A stretch of 64,000 nt of DNA, taken from the NCBI RefSeq assembly GCF_009914755.1, contig NC_060930.1; one strand, given 5' to 3'. The position numbers and the translations under genes are program-made. Below are positions 55,995 through 64,000 of this stretch, in pieces. The notes beneath the pieces were generated by a model, which did no database searches, was not told the origin of the DNA, and worked only from the letters and a program-made list of their open reading frames with translations. Positions within the stretch are counted from its first letter, which is position 1. The number at the start of each line of letters is the position of its first letter. This DNA is from the human T2T-CHM13v2.0 reference genome, Homo sapiens.

Positions 55995-57402
55995 GTTTAT
56001 GAAATGAATACATTGCTTTTGCCTTTTCTGTTGATATTTTTGCTTAGGACATATCTAAGATACTCTTTTTCTTTCTCCATGAAAGTACATTTTTCACCTG
56101 AAAAATCCCGAGCATTATTTGAAGAGTAAGAATTTTCTCATTTACCTTTCTTCCTGTGACATTGTATCCATTAACTCATTTTCATTCAACAATTATATAT
56201 TTAACAGGTATCATGCAGGCTCTGAGGATAGAGAGGTTAAAAAAAAAAACACCTGGCTTTCACGGACCTTATATTCACTTTTATTTACTGAAACTTCTAG
56301 TGTTCTACCATCTTTAGAATGCTTTCTGCCCCTCTCAAGTTTGATACAGTTTAAAACGACAACAAAACTAAAATGTATACTTTCTTTTCAACTCTGTTCA
56401 CTTAGGAACCTGTGACTGTCCATGGTAAGCATTTAAAGTGACTGGGACAGCTACCCAGAAGTAGATCTTCAGAGTCTTTTAAAGTCATCTCTCATACTCC
56501 CTTTTGCTTTTACACCCAAACGAAACTGAAATTGTACTACTTTTCTATAACATCACCCAGAAATACCCGTTTCAGTTTAAAATCTTGATATACACCTGTC
56601 TGCTGTACTGCTGTCTTTCTGTTCTGGACCTCCGCAGCATGCTACCTTTTCAAGATACTGAAAATATGAAAAGTATCTTTCCTTGTACCAGTATCCCTCA
56701 AAATTCTCTAGTGGCATTTTACTCTCCTTAGTTGGGCTCAGTCTTTAGTCAGTGTCTTTCTGGATGCATCACTTTGTGCATCTATTTCTACCTTTTTTCA
56801 TGCCCATTGAAGAGGCGTTTTTATAACTCACACAGAAATCAATTGTAATCATGGTGAGTCTTTAAGAAGTATTTACATTTAGTGAAAAACAGCTATAAAA
56901 ATAACAAAAAGTCACACTAGTCCATGTTTAAAAGAAACTATCTTTCCTTCATTGTTCAATCTGAAAGGCTGTTCTCTAACCACATTTCCAATTTTTAAAT
57001 CTGTTTCTGTCCTTGTTATTTTCTTATTTATCAATACAAATTAATTAAAAGATGAAATAAGAAATAAGAAATCGCATTAGAAGTGAGTTGACTAATTACA
57101 TGAAATGGGATTGTGCTTCTTCATTCTTCTGGTTGTCTAATTACCTAATGGAACTAAACTCTAGCTAGATCTAAATATTAGGTGAGCTCAGTACTTTAGT
57201 AATTAAAACTATTCCAAAGTCATCATAATATTTTTAATCACTCTACCCATAGTTAATATATTCCCCATTCCTTTTAATAAACTTCAAAAATATTTCTGTA
57301 ATTAGGTTAAATCAATATATTGGTATCATTAATCATTCAATACACAAAATGTGACTTCCTTATTTTTTAAAAAATTAAAATGACATATTTTACTACATTA
57401 TA

Positions 57403-57672
57403 TGGAGGTTTCTCAACTTATGATGGGGTTATGTCCCAATAAACCCATTACAAGTTGAAAATATTGTAAATTGAAATGAATATAATACATCTAACCCACT
57501 GAACAGCATAGCTTAGCCTAGCCTAACTTAAATGTGCTCAGAACATTTACATTAGCTTATAGTTGGCAAAATCAGCTAATACAAAACCTGTTTTATAATA
57601 AAGTGTTTAATATCTCATGTATTACATATCACTAGCCCAGGATAATAGCAACATTAAAATTTGAAGTACAGT
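57403..57672 (+). mobile_element. MER47-like TcMar-Tigger element
   Basis: caacttatgatggggttatgtcccaataaaccc...catagcttagcctagcct...gtgctcagaaca. Confidence 0.75.
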
Positions 57673-58289
57673 CAAATTCAAAGTCAAACTCTGTACTTTT
57701 TACGCTGGGGTTGATAAATTACCACATTCCTTACCTTATATCTCCATTCTTGTTTTATCTCCTGATATTTATTTTCCATTCGAAGCTGGTATGACCATTG
57801 TTACCCAAATATACTAAACATACAGTCAAGAATTTCTGCCTTTCTTGTCTAGTTTTTCTACTTCTGCCATGAAGGCTTCTTGAACTATCTTCATTCCTCA
57901 GTACTCTGTCTTCTAAAGGCAATGGAGTAATTTTTAAGATGAGGATGACTGAAGGATGACATGGGGGTAGAAGTCACAATCACAGGGATGCATGTTTAAT
58001 CTAGTTCCTAACCCACTGACAATTATAATGCCAAAGATCCATTTATCAGAACCATAAATGGTATTCTCAAAAACTCTAGGGTGGAAAAAACAAAAGACCT
58101 AGCATTGCTGTCTAATATTTATTGCTTATATGATACATCAGTATGTGGCCGTAGCACATTACATGCACCAACATGGTACATTACAAATATGATTTGATAT
58201 TATACTGTTAAAAATAGTTTTTTAGGTATATGTCTTTCCTTTAGCAGATGATAAGCTTACTACAGAATGTGGCTGTTATATTTTTAGAT

Positions 58290-58610
58290 CCAGTTCATTT
58301 GTTCACCAAATATTTATTGAGTATCTGTTACATATCATGAATTATTTTAAGTACTGAGGTTAAAATAATGAAGATAGTAGCAAAAGTCTCTGTTCTCATG
58401 AAGTTTACATTCTAGTGGGGAGACACAAATAAAAAAATAAATTCAGAAAACCAACACATATTAAGAAGGGATAAGTGCTCTAGAGAAAGATAAAGCAGGC
58501 TAAGGGAAAGAGGGAATGATGGGAATGCAGAGTGCTATTTTATATGGGTTGGTCAAGAAATCCTTATGTGATAAAAGTATCCGTTGGGCAGAAATCTGAA
58601 GAAAGAGAAG
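58290..58610 (-). mobile_element. L2 3' fragment
   Basis: ttcatttgttcaccaaatatttattgagtatctg...ctcatgaagtttacattctagtgggg. Confidence 0.7.
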
Positions 58611-58629
58611 ATTTATACTACTTGGGTAC

Positions 58630-58795
58630 ATGTATAATCTCTTCCTGCATAACATATTACCCTGAAATTCTGTAGCTCAAAGCAACAAACATTATCTCAC
58701 AGCTTCAGTGGGTCAGGAATTCCAGAGTTGCTAAGCTAAGACAGGTCTGGCTCAGGGCTTCTCACAAGGTCATAAGCAAGCTGTGGACTGGGATT
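58630..58795 (-). mobile_element. MLT1 (F/G-like) LTR fragment
   Basis: aaagcaacaaacattatctcacagcttcagtgggtcaggaatt...tggctcagggc. Confidence 0.6.
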
Positions 58796-61700
58796 CTAGA
58801 GGCCAGAAAGAAGATTTAACAAGAAGGGCATACTTCCTCCTATTTTTGATTAGAAAAATTATAATGATTCTACCTACTATGATTCTAGAGAATAAACATA
58901 AAATTAAAGTAACATCTATTTGATCTAATTGGACCATATGACCTTTATGCCCATAAAAGAGGGCAAAAAGATTATTTCCATCTCTAGTTAAATTTCAAGA
59001 TGGTTTTATTTGGAATTCAAGTAAGCTCTAGGTCAGGATAGTGGTTAGGAAAATTAGAACTATTTGATATCTTTAAATTTATGTAATGAAACAGACTATT
59101 CTGCAGGTGGATGAGGATAGCCCCAGATTTTAAAGCTATGCAACCCTAACATACATTTGTCTGTTAAGCTATCAGTGAACTTAGAACATCAGACAATTTC
59201 TTTTCCTAATTTAACTGTGGAAGAAATGGTGGTTTTGACTTTATTTCATGACTATATTTTAATTATCAAACTAAATAGGTGGTGCTTAATGTTATGAAAT
59301 GCAAATTAGATGTTCTCCACAAAACAAAGTAACCTTAGAATGGGTAGCTTCCTGCAGCGCAAAATGGGTAGAGTTTCTATTTGGAAAATGCTGAAATAAA
59401 ATATATATTCATTTATTAACTTTACAATAAACAGTCTCACCACAGAGAAACTATTTTGTGTTTTTACAACATGCTGCTGTTATTTTCATTCTTTGAAAAC
59501 ACAGCTATATTGGGTCAATCTTTTAATAAATGGGACGTTCTATGCATTATAATTTGTAATTATATTTTCCCAGGTTAGAGTTTTAATTCATTTACGAAGA
59601 AACCTTTTAGAAAGAAAAGAAAAGGAATTATGTATTCTAGGGAATTGATTCTAAATGTAGACAATATTCATTTTGAACACAGTAATGATTGTCAAGTGAT
59701 GACAGTTGTAAGGATAGATCTCAAAAAGTTGGTAAGGAGATTCAAAGTTCTACTTAAGTCAGGCAACAATGTTCAGTTTTTAGAATGATTATAAAATCAA
59801 AAATTAATTTCGTCAAAGAACCACACTTGCCAGCACTGCATCGCACATGTTCTACATTAGCATAGGGAAGCAGTAATGGGTAACAGAAGGACAATGTGGT
59901 TGGTGAAACTTAGTGCTGCATTATGCAGAATGGGATTTTTCACTGTGGTCATTACTTCTTATGTAAGCACAACACCATGATCTCTTAGAGATTAAAACTT
60001 GGTGAAAATATTGGTAAGGTAGGCAAAATATATAAAATAACTCCTCTTTTCATAGAGAGAGCATTACTTTTTTGATTTGGGGTAGCAATACTGAAAATAT
60101 TTATCACTTAATAACCTCAAAAAACAAAACCTTGAATTCTGAGATGTCTTTTTGCTCTGCTACCACTTCAAATATAAAAGCTACCATCTTCTCTCACCTA
60201 AAGTCTCCACTCAAACTCCCTTCCCATGAAGCTTTACACATCCTACTGATCTAAAACCTTATGTAGGAGCCACAGTCTTACCTGCATTTCCATTGCTACT
60301 TTCTTAAAATGGCCCATTAGCACTTCTCACAGGGACTACTCCAGCCTTCTGGATTATCCCCAGTCCATTCTCTATGTTTCTATCAGAGTGATCTTTCTAA
60401 AAACGTAAAACTGCCCATGGTAACTTCTGCTTACAGTCCTTCTTGTGCCCACCTTCAGTTGTGGGGCTGGCACTAAACAACCTCTCCCTTTGCTCCCTGT
60501 TTTGTCTCTCCAGCTTCAGCTGCTGTCAATTCTCCCACAGACCCTTCACTCTCCATGACCTAGGCTATCTGCAATTCGTAAATGCATCATTGTGACCTTT
60601 GGCCATGCTCATTTCTACCTCTCCTCACAAATTCAGCTTTAGTACCACATTTTCTAGCTGTTATTATTGCACTTATCACACAGCATTGTTACCAGTCATT
60701 AATTTAGGAGTCTACCACTCACACGGGTGCACATACTAATTGCCTTAAGTAGATTTCTATTTCAAGTATGCAGCTCAGCTCTTGGCACATATAGAATGTT
60801 ATTGAGTCAACAAATTTATAGAATCCATTGGCGATTTTAGCTTTCCTAATAAAACTAAACACGAAAACTCTATATAACAAGATTTTCTAGTTGGTATGAC
60901 AGAGGACTGTAGAACTGGAGTTTGTTTGATATTAGGAAGACCAGGCAGAAAGAATACATATTTCCACTGGAGGTGGGATGAATAGATGGTGAAATGCAAA
61001 ATGGCAGAGGCTAGTAATGCTATAATTAGGGAAGGACAGAACCCAGTATTTAGGGTCTATGACAGCCAGCAAGCTAACTCCTGGATGCTCTCAGATTTAG
61101 TTGGATAATATGTAGTTCTGGTTTATTTGGGAAGGTGACAGGGGTGGCAGGGGGAAGGGTCACAGAGTAGAATAGCATCAAGCATTAGCAGAGAAGAGAT
61201 TTTGACAGACTGACATAAACAAAGAAAAAATTGAGTGGAAAGTAAAATTGCTTCAAGTACATTTGAAGTGAGTGATGGGAATCCAATCAAAGATTTGAGA
61301 TACCAGACCATAAATTCAATGGTAAGGAAAAATGATTACATTAAATTGAATCTTCATTTTCAAAAAATTAAGGCACTGGATCAGATAAGCCTCACGATAA
61401 GGCTACAGTTGCTGGTAGGGAGACTGAAAGTAGGAATGTGGTCAGAGGAAAGAAAGACAGCACAAAGGATTCAGAGGGTAAAGGAGGCAGGGCTCATCTG
61501 AAGCCAGATTACTTGACTAGACCATTCTGGTCCCACCACCTGGCACCCACCTGTAGGTGAACTGGGTAAGTCATTACAAAAACTAAAGATGGACTTGGTG
61601 GGATTAGCATATCAGTTAGAAAGCAGATTTTATTTTCCTGGTAGTAACATTCACTTCAAAAAAAATCTGTTGTTTATATTATTATTAAATTACTTCTTCT

Positions 61701-63552
61701 TGTAATATTCCAGGATTTAAATTTATTTTTCTGAGCACTAATCTCCAACAATGTATAATTTGAAGTTCTCAGCCTCTGGCTCAATTCTAGAAAAGGTCAA
61801 AAATCTTGCCAACAAATACAAAGATGAGTGTTTCTAATTGGTCTTTAGAAATTATATAAAGGTAATAAAGTAAAAGACTTTAAATTTAAAAACGTGTATC
61901 AATAACATACTGAGTTAACAAAATTCCTGAACACCAGCTATGAGCAAATGATTTACAAGGCTGCAGGCATCTCTGATGGTCTATGACAAACCTGGGCAAA
62001 GATTCTGTGTTTTGTTGTGGTCATTTTATCTTTGATTTACAATACCTTGCACAGTGACTGGCATAATAAATGATCAATCAATGTTTGTGGAAAAAATTGA
62101 TTAAGTGAATAAAGAGTTAATGTAAGTTACATTATATAGTACAGTGATGCAAAAATAATAAAAATATGCTGTGTTTGCAACTTACGTAAAATAAAGTTGA
62201 ATTCACCCAAATATCTAACTCTTAAAAGATAAATGCAAGTAGCTGGTAGCTGATTTAAGCACCAGTAACAGAAGTGAACACCTAAAAAGTAAATTTTATC
62301 ACAGGTAGGAACATGTGAATGACCCTGATTACTTGTCAATAGGAAAAGATGTTGAGTGCAGGCATTTTCTCTTTCTACTTTGGATCAGCAATCAGATTCA
62401 CTCACAGATCATTGATTCATGAACAGCACTATATACGTACTTTGAATTTTCAAGTAGCCAGTGTTTCATAAGTGTTTATATTACAAGTACACCCTCAGCC
62501 AACTCTTTTTCTCTGGTATAGTGTTCTCATGATTTTTAGCCAGACAAGACTCAAGAGTTCCCTTTATGATTTGTATTCTTTTGTCAATACATTTCTTAAA
62601 TTAAGAAAAAATATTTCTTCATTTCCAGTGATCTAGGATTATTTTTGGTTATTTGGATGGCTAATACGTGCTCACGAAGTCAAATGTATTCCTTTTACAC
62701 AAAGAACAAACATTAGTTTTATTTTTAACTGAATATGTAAACGACTTGATATAAACCAATTATGAAGTGCCTACGTGGATTTCTGTGCCTTCATTTATTT
62801 CTCATTAGAAGTTTGATAACAAAATGTCCACAAAATCACGTTTCAAATGGAAACTTGTTTAAGTTTTGGATATTCATCTGATTACAAATGTGCAGAAATT
62901 AAAATGGTTGTAACAATTTGACTTAGTTCCTAAAAATCACATGGCTCACAATTTTCTGAAAGATGGGGATGTTAGATAATATGAGACTTTACTGTTGAAA
63001 AGATAAAGAAAATGGCAAACTGAACATTCAATTTACTCTGGAATACTTGATAAGGAACAATTCGGGAATTAAAAGGTCAAAAAGGCTTCATGTGTTCTAA
63101 CTATTCTGCTTTTATTTCATCAAAGCTTCTTATTTTTCAATCATTCATATGAAATTATTCATAACTGATTTACTGCATTGGACAGGAGTTATTTTCTCAT
63201 CCTATTTCTGACAAATATCTTCAAAGCTCTTATAACATAGATACCAAGAGAGGACGTGAAATGAAATGGGACTAGAGGGGGGAAAAAGGCCAATGCTCTT
63301 AAGTCAAACTGCACAGAGAGGTGAATGGTTCAGTGCATGAATATCTCAAAAATGCCCTTAGAATTTTGCTCTTAACTACAAGTCTATCTGCAGGCTTTGT
63401 CCAAATGAAAAACTAACAAACCAAAGGAAACCAAACTAAACTAAACAAAAATAAAACTCTCCTGACAGAAATTCTCCAATGAATGTATCTTTGAAATGAA
63501 CCACTTTATTAGCTGCTAAGCAACCTTCTGGCTCCTTTTTCTTTAACTCTTA

Positions 63553-63916
63553 CAGTAAAAGAAAAACTACCCCCCAACCCTGCCTACCTAGTTTCTCATA
63601 TCTCAGTTTCAGTTACCCGTGTTTCAATTACCCACCATCAAACTCGTCCAAAAATAGGTAAGTACAGTATAATAAGGTATTTTGAGAGAGAACATAATCA
63701 CCTTTTATTAAAATACATAGTTGTTCTATTTTATTATTAGTTATTGATTGTTGTGAATCTCTTACTGTGCCTAATTTATAAATTAAACTTTATCATAGGT
63801 TTGCATATATAGAAAAAAACATAGTACAGTCTGTATAGGGTTTGTTATCATCTCTGGTTTTAGGCATACTTGGGCATCTTGGGATGTACATACCTGTGGA
63901 TAAGGCAGAACTACTG
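63553..63916 (+). mobile_element. MER44A-like TcMar-Tigger element
   Basis: TA-cagta...ctactg-TA termini; tctcttactgtgcctaatttataaattaaactttatcatagg core. Confidence 0.85.
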
Positions 63917-63933
63917 TAGTTTTCTCCTCTTAC

Positions 63934-64000
63934 CTGATAGGAGCACCTTTGGCTTGTGCTGGTCTCAACAATACAGTTATTGTGGTGGCAGTTTCATTGA
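63934..64000 (-). CDS. PTPRK: PTPRK coding exon, 3' part only (probably exon 11), FN3 region
   Basis: Minus strand reads TC AAT GAA ACT GCC ACC ACA ATA ACT GTA TTG TTG AGA CCA GCA CAA GCC AAA GGT GCT CCT ATC AG|gtaaga = NETATTITVLLRPAQAKGAPI(S). The phase-2 donor joins the T that starts the next exon to make Ser. Not in the ORF track; recognised from the PTPRK protein. Confidence 0.95.

Overview
Human (primate) genomic DNA, AT-rich and mostly intronic. The whole window lies inside PTPRK (receptor tyrosine phosphatase kappa), which is transcribed on the minus strand. Three coding exons splice in frame with GT-AG sites: a partial exon at the right edge (63934-64000, NETATTITVLLRPAQAKGAPIS), a 274-nt exon (52639-52912) carrying the furin site RTKR, and a 37-nt exon (49877-49913, ETKTQCVRIATK). 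From memory these are exons 11-13, the membrane-proximal fibronectin-III region. Positions 1-49876 are part of the long intron before the transmembrane exon. The rest holds 14 Alu/FLAM copies, several MaLR/ERV solo LTRs, old L1/L2/MIR fragments, DNA-transposon relics and microsatellites. Repeat subfamilies were judged by eye and are tentative. I see no convincing novel multi-gene system. The best leads are a non-repeat 33-bp near-perfect hairpin (55921-55994) that is fully paired in the PTPRK pre-mRNA, and a candidate in-frame intronic terminal exon (about 16832-16968) that would encode a PTPRK ectodomain lacking the transmembrane segment.
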